A stretch of DNA of 64,000 bases from Myxococcota bacterium (GTDB lineage Bacteria > Myxococcota_A > UBA9160 > UBA4427): assembly GCA_965250285.1 (NCBI GenBank), contig OZ252299.1, forward strand, positions 2,816,001 through 2,880,000. Direction: 5' to 3'. The notes beneath the pieces were generated by a model. It saw only the letters and a program-made list of their open reading frames with translations, was not told where the DNA came from and searched no databases. The first letter of the stretch is position 1; each line of letters opens with the position of its first letter. This document shows, piece after piece, positions 33,472 through 42,290 of the stretch. The position numbers were made by a program, and so were the translations under genes.

Positions 33472-34326
33472 ATGGATCTCGCGCGCGTCGTCGAGCGCGT
33501 GACCAGCGAGGCGGTTCGCCGGGTCACACCCATCGGCGGCGGCGACATCGGCGAGAGCGCCCGGGCCGAGCTCGCCTCGGGCGAGCGCGTCTTCGTGAAG
33601 CACTACCCCGCCTCGCCGCCCGAAGCGGTGCAGCGCGAGGCCGAGGGGCTCGCCTGGCTCGCCGAGCCGGGCGCCCTGCCCGTCGCGCGCGTCCGCGGCT
33701 TCGACACCGCCGCACGCGTACTCGTCCTCGACTGGATCGAGCCGGGTCGCCCCACCCAGGCGGGCGACGAGGCGTTCGGCCAGGGCCTGGCCGCTCTGCA
33801 CCGCGCTCCCTGCGACGCGTTCGGCGCGCAGCCCGACAACTTCATCGGCTCGCTCGCACAGTCGAATCGCAGCCACGCGACCTGGCCCGCGTTCTTCGCC
33901 GCCGAGCGCATCGCGCCCCAGGTGAAGCGGGCCGTCGACGCCGGGCTCTTCTCGAGCGCCGACGCGGCGAAGGCCGACCGACTGATCGCGCGGCTCGAAG
34001 GCGTGCTCGGCCCCCCCGAGCCGCCGGCCCGGCTACACGGCGATCTCTGGGGCGGCAATCGGCTGTGCGACGAAACGGGCCGATCGTGGCTCATCGACCC
34101 GGCCGCGTATGCGGGTCATCGCGAAATCGACCTCGCCATGATGCAGCTCTTCGGCGGCTTCTCGGCTCGGGTGTTCGATGCGTACGCCGAGGCCCATCCG
34201 CTCGCTCCCGGCGCCGCCAATCGCACCGGCATCTATCAGCTCTACCCCGTGCTGGTGCACGTGAATCTCTTCGGCGGGCACTACGTCGAATCGGCGCGCC
34301 GCATCGTCGACCAGTACGTCGGTTGA
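33472..34326 (+). CDS. Fructosamine/ketosamine-3-kinase family protein
   Basis: GGGDI, FVK, LHGDLWGGN, IDPAAYAGHREIDLAM, YQLYPVLVHVNLFG. Confidence 0.93.
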   Translation: MDLARVVERVTSEAVRRVTPIGGGDIGESARAELASGERVFVKHYPASPPEAVQREAEGLAWLAEPGALPVARVRGFDTAARVLVLDWIEPGRPTQAGDEAFGQGLAALHRAPCDAFGAQPDNFIGSLAQSNRSHATWPAFFAAERIAPQVKRAVDAGLFSSADAAKADRLIARLEGVLGPPEPPARLHGDLWGGNRLCDETGRSWLIDPAAYAGHREIDLAMMQLFGGFSARVFDAYAEAHPLAPGAANRTGIYQLYPVLVHVNLFGGHYVESARRIVDQYVG

Positions 34327-34499
34327 CGGCGCGCCCGGGCGCCTCGCCTCCGGGGCAGCGGCGCGACTCGACCGAGCGATCGCCAAGTGCCCGTTGCTCG
34401 CCGCTTGTCCCTGGGCTACCTGGACAAACACATCAACGTCGAGGGTGACCTCGGCCGTATCGCGCTCCGGGCATCTCCAGGCAGAGAGCCCCGGAGGCA

Positions 34500-34695
34500 A
34501 GACACGCGAAACGGTCCGAGGCGGGGCAAACGCCGTATACCGAATACAGGCGTGCGCTCCGCGGGAAACCGGTGTGAATCCGGTGCGAGCCCGTCGCTGT
34601 AACCGGGGACGACCCGCAGACCAATGCCACTGGCCGAAACGGCTGGGAAGGCCTGCGAAGTCGGTTGATCCGGAAGCCAGAAGACCGGCCCTCGA
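34500..34695 (+). promoter_or_regulatory. Cobalamin (B12) riboswitch
   Basis: Conserved blocks in order: GGGAA-ccGGTG-tg-AATCC (34563-), GCTGTAA (34596-), GCCACTG (34626-), GGGAAGGC (34645-), B12 box AAGCCAGAAGACC (34674-34686). Lies upstream of a TonB receptor operon. 5' edge is approximate. Confidence 0.95.
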
Positions 34696-34915
34696 GCGGC
34701 TTTGCGGTTCTCCGGTGCAGAGAACGTGAAGCGTGGGATGTGCGTCGATCCAGGGGCCCTGCCTCTGGCTGCGTGCTGCGCGCGCTCGACCACCCCCTCG
34801 TTTCCGACATCGACCCGAAGACCTGCATCGCCGTGACGTCGAGCGGCGGTCCGCAGGGGATCGTCGTCCACCCTCGACGCGCGCTCGGCGCAGCGCGCAG
34901 AAGGGAGCGATCCCA

Positions 34916-36523
34916 ATGCGGACGCACGCGCAATGGCTGGGGATCGGCATCGCGGCCGGTCTCATGCTCTTCTTGGCCCAGGCGACTCGACCGACACCGG
35001 CGCTGGCCGGCCCCTATGCGGGCCCGCCCTATCTCGCCGGCGACATGGTGGCCTGGGCGACCTCGGTGGCCTCGTTCGATCGAGGACCGGTCGACATCGC
35101 GGACCCGACCGGTCCGCTCGCCAGTGTCGGCACCGCCTCCGACGCGCTCGGCGCGCAGGATTCGTCGGTCGTTTCGCTCGGTGATGCCGGATCGATCACG
35201 GTGACGTTCGATGACGTGATCGGCGACGGCGCCGGTGACGACTTCGCCGTGTTCGAGAACGGTTTTCTCGCCACGGGAAGTGGCGAGATCTTCGCCGAGC
35301 TCGCACACGTCGAAGTCTCGAGCGATGGCATTCAGTTCGTTCGCTTCGCCTCGATCACGCTCGACGCGCCTCCGCCCGACGAGCGTGGCGGCTTCTCGAC
35401 CCTCGACCCCACCGACATCGACAACTTTGCGGGCGACCAGCCCGCGCCCTTCGGCACGGGGTTCGACCTCGGCGAGCTGAGCGCGCATCCGCTCGTGCTC
35501 GACGGTCAGGTCGACCTCTCTGCCATCTCACACGTGCGCCTCGTCGACGTGATCGGCGACGGCTCAACAGAGGATTCCCTCATGCAACCCATCTACGAAC
35601 CCTATCCGACCCCCTTCCCCTCTGGCGGCTTCGATCTCGACGCCGTCGGCGTCATCCACGTGCCCGAGCCGAGCACCGGCGCCGGCCTGCTCGCGGGCCT
35701 CGGCCTGTTGCTCGGCTTGCGCCGGCGCCGCACGGGCCTGGCGGCGCTCGCGACCCTCGCCTTCATGACGACGGCCATGGCCACGCCTGCGAGCGCCATC
35801 TTCGTCGACTTCGAAGACCAGGGCCTCGTGGTCGGCGAGTTCGACAACGGCTCGGGCGGCGAAGGCGGCTTCGTCTCGGGCGGCCAGACCTTCGAGAACA
35901 CCTTCACCGATACCGGCACCTTCACCTTCTGGAGCGGCTTCTCGTCGTCGGCGGTGCGCGACGTCACGACCGCCGGCTTCGGCAACCAGTACGCGGCGTA
36001 CAAGCTCGACGGCATCCCCGGCAGCGGGGCCGATGACAGCGTGGGCTACGGCGTGTACTTCCAGGGCTCCGAGCGCCTGGTGCTCAGCGAGGCGGCGGTC
36101 ATCGAGAGCGCGTTCATCACGAACACGACGTATGCCGGGCTGTCGATGCTGAACGGCGACGCGTTCGCCAAGAAGTTCGGCGGCGAGACCGGCGACGACC
36201 CCGACTTCTTCACGGTGTCGTTCATCGGCTACGACGCGCTCGACGAGATCACGGGCACCGCCGAGTTCTTCCTCGCCGACTACCGGTTCGCCGACAACAG
36301 CCTCGACTACATCATCGACGAGTGGACCGAGTTCGATCTGTCCGGACTCGGTACGGTGAGCTCGGTCGGCTTCGCGTTCGCCGGCAGCGACATCGGAGAC
36401 TTTGGCCTGAACACGCCGGCCTACTTCGCGATCGACAACATCTCGATCGTGCCCGAGCCGTCGACGGCGCTGCTGGTGGGGCTCGGCCTCCTCGGACTCG
36501 CGCGCCGGAGCCGCACCGCGTAG
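34916..36523 (+). CDS. Two-domain surface protein with internal and terminal PEP-CTERM anchors (second domain DUF4465-like); putative B12-capture polyprotein
   Basis: Signal peptide …PTPALA|G. Internal [24 protein letters not shown], then a second signal-like [26 protein letters not shown]4465-like motifs ([37 protein letters not shown]). Terminal [24 protein letters not shown]. Confidence 0.88.
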   Translation: MRTHAQWLGIGIAAGLMLFLAQATRPTPALAGPYAGPPYLAGDMVAWATSVASFDRGPVDIADPTGPLASVGTASDALGAQDSSVVSLGDAGSITVTFDDVIGDGAGDDFAVFENGFLATGSGEIFAELAHVEVSSDGIQFVRFASITLDAPPPDERGGFSTLDPTDIDNFAGDQPAPFGTGFDLGELSAHPLVLDGQVDLSAISHVRLVDVIGDGSTEDSLMQPIYEPYPTPFPSGGFDLDAVGVIHVPEPSTGAGLLAGLGLLLGLRRRRTGLAALATLAFMTTAMATPASAIFVDFEDQGLVVGEFDNGSGGEGGFVSGGQTFENTFTDTGTFTFWSGFSSSAVRDVTTAGFGNQYAAYKLDGIPGSGADDSVGYGVYFQGSERLVLSEAAVIESAFITNTTYAGLSMLNGDAFAKKFGGETGDDPDFFTVSFIGYDALDEITGTAEFFLADYRFADNSLDYIIDEWTEFDLSGLGTVSSVGFAFAGSDIGDFGLNTPAYFAIDNISIVPEPSTALLVGLGLLGLARRSRTA

Positions 36524-36530
36524 CGGGGCC

Positions 36531-38594
36531 GTGCTCTGGGTCTCGCCCGGCATGCGCCTGACCGGGGCGGCGGCGCTCGCCGTCGTCCCGGTCCTCGCGT
36601 TCTCGGTGGTGTCGGTCGCGACCCCCGCCAACGCGCAGGATCGGGTGCAGCCCGACGACGACCCCGAGATGGAGGTCGTGCGCGTGACGGGCATCCGCAC
36701 GGGTCGCTTCCTCGACGCGCCGAGCGCGTCGGTCACGCACATCGACCTCGAATCGGTGCGCGCCGAAGGCAAGACGATCGACGAGCTGCTGGGTGAGCAG
36801 GCGGGCGTACAGGTGCGCCGCTTTGGCGGCGCAGGCGAGCCGGCGACGCTGTCGATCCGGGGCAGCAGCGCAGCGCAGGTCGACGTGACCCTCAACGGCG
36901 TCAGCATCAACAGCCCGCTCACCGGGGGCGTCGACGTGTCGGAGCTGTGCATCGGCAACGTCGACGGTGCCTCGCTCACCCGCGGCGGTCGCGACGCGAT
37001 CGGCGGCCGCGTCGATCTGTCGAGCCCGCTCTCGACCGGCGAGCGTCAGATCATGGCCGGCGGCTCGTTCGGCTCGTTCGGCACCTGGCGGGGCGAGACC
37101 CATTTCTCGGACACCCTCGGCGTCGACGATGCGAAGCCGACAACGACCGGCGTCGATCTCGCGCTCGGCTACTGCGGCTTCAAGACCGACGGCGACTACA
37201 CCTTCCAGCGACCGGTGCAGGACAACGGCGACCAGGTCATCGAGCCCGAGCCGGCGAGCGCGAAACGCGTCAACAACGATCGCCAGAAGCACGCGGGGCA
37301 CGTCGGCTTCGGCCTGCCGATCGGCGAGCGACACCGCATCGAGCTGCGCGACTACGTCGCGTGGAAGAAGGGCGGCGTGCCGGGCCTCGACTCGGCCATC
37401 GACACGAGCCCCTTCGCCGGCCAGGATCGCAATGCGCGCGGTGAGCAGCTGACCAACGTCGCCATCCTCGACTGGCGCAGCGCCGAGGTCGGCTGGCTCG
37501 GCGACGAAGCTGCGCTCGGCGTCTACCACCACTATCAATCCGACGACTACGACAACCCCGCCGAGCCCGCGTCGGTCGAACCCGACGTCTCGATCGAGAC
37601 GCACATGCACCGCGGCGGCGTACGCTCGCTGCAGCGCTGGGTGCGCGACGCGTTCGGAGGCGTGCACGAGCTCGGCGTGCGCTTCGATGCGAGCCGCGAC
37701 GCCGTCTATTCGGACGCGGCGCTCACGGGCGACCGCGCGCGGACGAACGTCGAAGGCGACGCGACGGTGTCGTCGACCTTCTTCGGCGATCTGCTGACGG
37801 TGGCCCCCGGCCTGCGCGTCGCCTGGACCCAGGGCTTCGATCCGGCCTGGCTGCCGAGCCTCGGCGTCGTCGTGCAGCCCCTCGACTGGCTGCGCCTGCG
37901 CGGCAACGTCTACCGCAGCTGGCGCCCGCCGAGCTTCGACGAGCTCTACCACCCCGACCGCGGCTTCATCCGGGGCAACCCCGACCTCAGCGCCGAGCGC
38001 TCGATGGGCGTCGATGGCGGCCTCGACCTGATCTTCGACGCGGTCGGTCCGCTCGAGCGCCTGCGCTTCACCGTCGGTGGCTTCTACGACGAGCGCGACG
38101 ACGAGATCGTCTGGACGCAGGTGAGCCCGTGGGTCGTCGCCCCGGTCAACCTCTCCGATACCCGCTACGTCGGGCTCGAGCTCTCTGTCACCGGTGAGAT
38201 CACGCGCTGGGTCGGATTCGCGGCGAGCCACACCGAGCTCGACGCCACGCTCTCGTCGACCGATCGTCCACCGCCCGGCCGCGCCGAGCGGCAGAGCTTC
38301 GCCCGCCTGCGGATCGGCCCCGACGACGTCTGGAAGCTCGTCGGCGAGTGGCACTACACGGGCGAGATCGGCGCCTCGCTCGGCGGGCGCGTGATCTTGC
38401 CGGCACGACACGTCGGCAACGTGACCGCTTCGCTCGACGTCGCGCGCGTGGTGCCCCGGGTCTTCGACCGGGTCGTCGATTCGCTCTGGACCTACGTGGC
38501 CGTCGACAACGTCGGCGACGTCACGGCCCGGGATGCGCTGTTTGCGCCGCAGCCCGGCCGTTCACTCACGATCGGATTGGAGGCACGTTGGTGA
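36531..38594 (+). CDS. TonB-dependent outer-membrane receptor, probable BtuB-type cobalamin transporter
   Basis: Signal peptide, plug motif DELL..QAGVQVRRFGG..ATLSIRGSSAAQV.V.LNGV, RPPSFDELY, GNPDLSAERS, terminal aromatic W. Under the B12 riboswitch. Alternative start ATG 36552. Confidence 0.9.
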   Translation: MLWVSPGMRLTGAAALAVVPVLAFSVVSVATPANAQDRVQPDDDPEMEVVRVTGIRTGRFLDAPSASVTHIDLESVRAEGKTIDELLGEQAGVQVRRFGGAGEPATLSIRGSSAAQVDVTLNGVSINSPLTGGVDVSELCIGNVDGASLTRGGRDAIGGRVDLSSPLSTGERQIMAGGSFGSFGTWRGETHFSDTLGVDDAKPTTTGVDLALGYCGFKTDGDYTFQRPVQDNGDQVIEPEPASAKRVNNDRQKHAGHVGFGLPIGERHRIELRDYVAWKKGGVPGLDSAIDTSPFAGQDRNARGEQLTNVAILDWRSAEVGWLGDEAALGVYHHYQSDDYDNPAEPASVEPDVSIETHMHRGGVRSLQRWVRDAFGGVHELGVRFDASRDAVYSDAALTGDRARTNVEGDATVSSTFFGDLLTVAPGLRVAWTQGFDPAWLPSLGVVVQPLDWLRLRGNVYRSWRPPSFDELYHPDRGFIRGNPDLSAERSMGVDGGLDLIFDAVGPLERLRFTVGGFYDERDDEIVWTQVSPWVVAPVNLSDTRYVGLELSVTGEITRWVGFAASHTELDATLSSTDRPPPGRAERQSFARLRIGPDDVWKLVGEWHYTGEIGASLGGRVILPARHVGNVTASLDVARVVPRVFDRVVDSLWTYVAVDNVGDVTARDALFAPQPGRSLTIGLEARW

Positions 38595-40222
38595 TGACGA
38601 GACGATCCCTTCCCACCTTCGGCAAGCGACCGGGCGGGCGACGCCTCGTCGCGCTGTGCTGCCTCGTCCCCCTCTTGCTCGGTGGCCTCTGCGAGGGCAA
38701 GGGCAACCGCGGCGGACGGGCCGTCATCAACGAGGGCGGCGACTCCGAGTGCGCACCGCTCTTCGGCCCATTCCCGCCGGGCCTCGGTCAGCTGCCCCTG
38801 TCGGGCCGCGCGGTGATCCCGACGAGTGGGCCACAGACGCTCATCCCGTTCGAGCTGGGGGCGGCTTCGCCCGTGAACGTCGGCCCGGCCACGCCGACTT
38901 CGCTGCCGGCCGACAGCGACGGCGACGGCGACCCCGACTTCCTGCGCAGCATGGATCTCGGGTTCGGCGTCCGCACGCCGATCTTCGGCCGGCTCTCGGT
39001 GGTGCGTGAAGACCTCGTGCTGGTCAGCGCGAGCAACTATGAAGAGGTGCTGGCCTTCGATCCGGCGACGGCGACGCTCGAGACCCTGCGCGTGACCAAC
39101 CCGGACGCCTCCGGCGCGCACGATCCGGCCGATCATCCCTTCCTGCCGCCCGCCGGCACGACGGCGGACCGCACGGCGATCTCGACGCGCGTGTGCGTGC
39201 GGTCGCGCGATCCGGTCGACTCGCGCGGCGTCGCGATCGAGGCGACGTGCGACCCCGACGTGCCCAGCTTCTACACCGCCTTCACGGCAGGCCAGGCGGT
39301 GGTCGGCGATCTGCTCGTCGTCACGACGTCGAACCTCGCGCGCTCGGGCACCGGGCGATTCCATCCGGGCACAGTGCTGCTCTTCTCGTTCGACGACAGC
39401 GGCGCCCAGCCGGCCGTCGCGCCGCTCGTCGAGTCGCCCGTGCTCTTCACGACCGAGTACAACCCGACGAGCGTGACGCCCTTTCACACGGCGAACGGCC
39501 GCGCCCTCGCCCTCATCGGCAACACCGGCGCGATCCTGCTCGCGAGCGGCCCCGACTCGGTCGTGACCCCGGGCTCGATCGACGTCTTCGACGTCGCGAC
39601 GCGCCGCATCGCCGCGACGATCCCGCTCGGCCCGGCCGCGTTCGGGTTCGACGGCCTCACGATCGACCGGGCGACCGGCCTCGCGCTCGCAGGCTCTCCG
39701 ACCCAGAAGCAGATCTATGCCGTCGACCTCTCGCCACTCGACGACGAGTCGCTCTACGCCCGCACCGGGCCGCCGATCGTTCTCGACGGCAGTGACGCGA
39801 TCTACCCCGATGCGCGCATCTTCGATGGGGACACCCCCTTCGAGATCCCGCTGCTTCCGGGCGGACCCGATCCGGTCGTATGCGACGGGTCGACGAGCGT
39901 GCTCATCGGGCCCGATCGCGATGGCGACGCCGACCGGCGCGACGTGTACGTGACCGACAAGTGCGACGGCACGCTCACGATCGTCGACGTCGACCTGCGC
40001 AGCCCCGACGAGGTGCCGCTCTCACCGACGCGCTTCACCCTCGAGCGGCAGCTCGGCATCGCCTCGGCCAACGTGGCCTCGAATGCGGGCCAGGTGATGG
40101 AGCCGGGGCTCATGGTGCTCGGGCCGGCGGGCGAACAGCCCGGCGAGGACGGCCCGGCGCTCTACGTCACCATGAGCCGGCCATCCCCCGCCCTCTTCTG
40201 TGGGATCGCGCTCGACTTCTGA
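38594..40222 (+). CDS. Exported, possibly lipidated, beta-propeller-like (YncE/YVTN-type) protein
   Basis: TGATG coupling to the receptor. Hydrophobic N-region followed by Cys (LLLGGLC, atypical lipobox). SIDVFDVATRRIAATIPLG repeat-like motif, DxDxD motifs. Confidence 0.7.
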   Translation: MTRRSLPTFGKRPGGRRLVALCCLVPLLLGGLCEGKGNRGGRAVINEGGDSECAPLFGPFPPGLGQLPLSGRAVIPTSGPQTLIPFELGAASPVNVGPATPTSLPADSDGDGDPDFLRSMDLGFGVRTPIFGRLSVVREDLVLVSASNYEEVLAFDPATATLETLRVTNPDASGAHDPADHPFLPPAGTTADRTAISTRVCVRSRDPVDSRGVAIEATCDPDVPSFYTAFTAGQAVVGDLLVVTTSNLARSGTGRFHPGTVLLFSFDDSGAQPAVAPLVESPVLFTTEYNPTSVTPFHTANGRALALIGNTGAILLASGPDSVVTPGSIDVFDVATRRIAATIPLGPAAFGFDGLTIDRATGLALAGSPTQKQIYAVDLSPLDDESLYARTGPPIVLDGSDAIYPDARIFDGDTPFEIPLLPGGPDPVVCDGSTSVLIGPDRDGDADRRDVYVTDKCDGTLTIVDVDLRSPDEVPLSPTRFTLERQLGIASANVASNAGQVMEPGLMVLGPAGEQPGEDGPALYVTMSRPSPALFCGIALDF

Positions 40223-40240
40223 GCGGGCCGCTCAGCTGGC

Positions 40241-41056
40241 TCAACCGCGCCGCAGGCGATAGCAGACGAGCGATGCGGCCACGGCCGCGTTCAGCGACTC
40301 GACGTCGCCCTGCATCGGGATCGACACGGTCGCATCGAGCAGAGGCCGCACCGCGGCGCTCAGCCCGTCGGTCTCGTTGCCCACTGCGAACACGACCCGG
40401 TGGGGCGGCACCCAGTCGTCGATGTCGACGTCGGCCCGGGCGTCGAGCCCGACGCACGCAAAGCCGGCGCCCTGCAGCGTGGCGAGGCCTTCCCCCAGTG
40501 CGTGACAGCGCACGATTGGCGCGCGGAGCACCGTGCCCGCCGACGCCTTGACGACGAGGCCATTCACGAAGGGCACCCCGACGACCGGCCAGAGCACGCC
40601 ATCGATGCCCGCTGCCAGCGCCGTGCGCACGATCATCCCGATGTTCTGCGAGTTCGTGAGCCCGTCGAACGCGAGCAGGCGCGTGGGGGTTCGGGCCGCG
40701 CGACCGGTGCAGCCCGCGACGAACGCGTCGACGTCGCTCACGCCGCGCAGTCGCACGCGCATGGCCACGCCCTGATCGTGCCGGGGTGCGTCCGACAGGG
40801 CGCCGACCGCACGCGCCGGAACGACCTCGGCCTCGATGCCGCGCCGGCTCGCTTCCTGCCGAAGACGGTGCCGCTGCTCGCCCGGCAGCCGATCCGAGAG
40901 TCGCAGCTCGAGCGGCTCGACCGAATCGAGCGGCAGCGCCTCTTCGACGACGCGCCGACCGAAGATCACGATCTCGGTGCCGCTCACGCCGCCCCGCGGA
41001 CGCATCGGCGGCTCGGGCGCGGGGCGGGGTGATCGATGTCGAGGGGGGCGCGGCAT
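40241..41056 (-). CDS. TrmH/SpoU family RNA methyltransferase
   Basis: DGLTNSQNIGMIVRTA, VGNETDGL, IPMQGDVESLNAAVA. Start is uncertain (41056 or 41005). Confidence 0.9.
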   Translation of the reverse strand: MPRPPRHRSPRPAPEPPMRPRGGVSGTEIVIFGRRVVEEALPLDSVEPLELRLSDRLPGEQRHRLRQEASRRGIEAEVVPARAVGALSDAPRHDQGVAMRVRLRGVSDVDAFVAGCTGRAARTPTRLLAFDGLTNSQNIGMIVRTALAAGIDGVLWPVVGVPFVNGLVVKASAGTVLRAPIVRCHALGEGLATLQGAGFACVGLDARADVDIDDWVPPHRVVFAVGNETDGLSAAVRPLLDATVSIPMQGDVESLNAAVAASLVCYRLRRG

Positions 41057-41234
41057 GTGTCTCCAGCGGCCCGACGGCCGTATCCAGGCGGAGGATTCCC
41101 CACTTCGCGCGCCGTCGCCGCGGGCCGGCGCACGGTCGACGCGGCCTTCGCGGCCCTTGGCCGCGCAGGCGCCGCGAGTGTGCGACTCTCGGGAGCCCCG
41201 CTCGGCGCGGGATGCACTCGAGGAGCACGACACC

Positions 41235-42254
41235 ATGGCGAAGGATCTCAAGCTCGGCGTTCAGATGGGCTACTGGCAGGCGCAGCCGCCCGCCGACATC
41301 ATCGGCCCGGCCAAGGAGGCCGAGAACCTCGGCTTCGACAGCATCTGGAGCGCGGAGGCCTGGGGCAGCGACGCGTTCAGTCCGCTCGCCTACATCGCGG
41401 GGCACACCTCGAAGATCCAGCTCGGCACCAGCGTCGTGCAGCTCTCGGCGCGCACGCCCGCCGCGACCGCGATGGCCGCGCTCACGATCGATCATCTCTC
41501 GAACGGCCGCATGATTCTCGGGCTCGGTGTCTCGGGACCCCAGGTGGTCGAAGGCTGGTACGGCCAGCCCTTCTCGAAGCCGCTGGCGCGCACGCGCGAG
41601 TACATCTCGATCATCCGCAAGATCCTCGCGCGCGAGGAGCCCGTGGTGAACGACGGCCCCCACTACCCGATGCCCTACAAGGGTGAGGGCAGCTGGGATC
41701 TCGGCAAGCCGCTGCGCTCGATCACACACCCCCTGCGCGCCGACATGCCGATCTACATGGGCGCCGAGGGGCCGAAGAACGTCGCGCTGTCGGCCGAGAT
41801 CGCCGACGGCTGGCTGCCGCTCTACTACTCGCCCTTCCGCAAGGACGTGTATTCGGAGAGCCTCAAGGACGCGGGCCCCGACTTCGAGATCGCGCAGATG
41901 GTCATCTGCAACGTGAACGACGATCTCGAGCAGGCGCTCATGCCGGTCAAGAGCATGCTCGGCTTCTACATCGGCGGCATGGGCGCGAAGAAGCGCAACT
42001 TCCACATGGAGCTCATGAGCCGCATGGGCTTCGAGGCCGAAGCGCACAAGATCCAGGATCTCTTCATGGACGGGAAGCGCGGCGAAGCGGTGATGGCGGT
42101 GCCCGATCAGTTCGCAGACGAGGTCTCGCTCTGTGGCCCGGTCGATCGCATCCGCGAGCGCATCGACGCGTGGCGCGAGACACCGGTCACGAGCCTGCTG
42201 GTGCCGTCGGTCGACGTGGGCGTGATGCGCACGATGGCCGAGCTGGTGCTCTAG
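41235..42254 (+). CDS. LLM-class F420-dependent oxidoreductase
   Basis: WSAEAWGSDA, LGLGVSGPQVVEGWYG, GAEGPKNV, YIGGMGA..NFH. Confidence 0.9.
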   Translation: MAKDLKLGVQMGYWQAQPPADIIGPAKEAENLGFDSIWSAEAWGSDAFSPLAYIAGHTSKIQLGTSVVQLSARTPAATAMAALTIDHLSNGRMILGLGVSGPQVVEGWYGQPFSKPLARTREYISIIRKILAREEPVVNDGPHYPMPYKGEGSWDLGKPLRSITHPLRADMPIYMGAEGPKNVALSAEIADGWLPLYYSPFRKDVYSESLKDAGPDFEIAQMVICNVNDDLEQALMPVKSMLGFYIGGMGAKKRNFHMELMSRMGFEAEAHKIQDLFMDGKRGEAVMAVPDQFADEVSLCGPVDRIRERIDAWRETPVTSLLVPSVDVGVMRTMAELVL

Positions 42255-42290
42255 CGCCGAACCCCCTCCACGCACGCGCGAGGTGCCGCC

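Noticed and set aside
34733..34915. N-terminal extension of the ORF-track 596-aa protein
   Set aside because: It overlaps the riboswitch leader. ATG 34916 has an SD (AAGGGAG) and begins a proper signal peptide.
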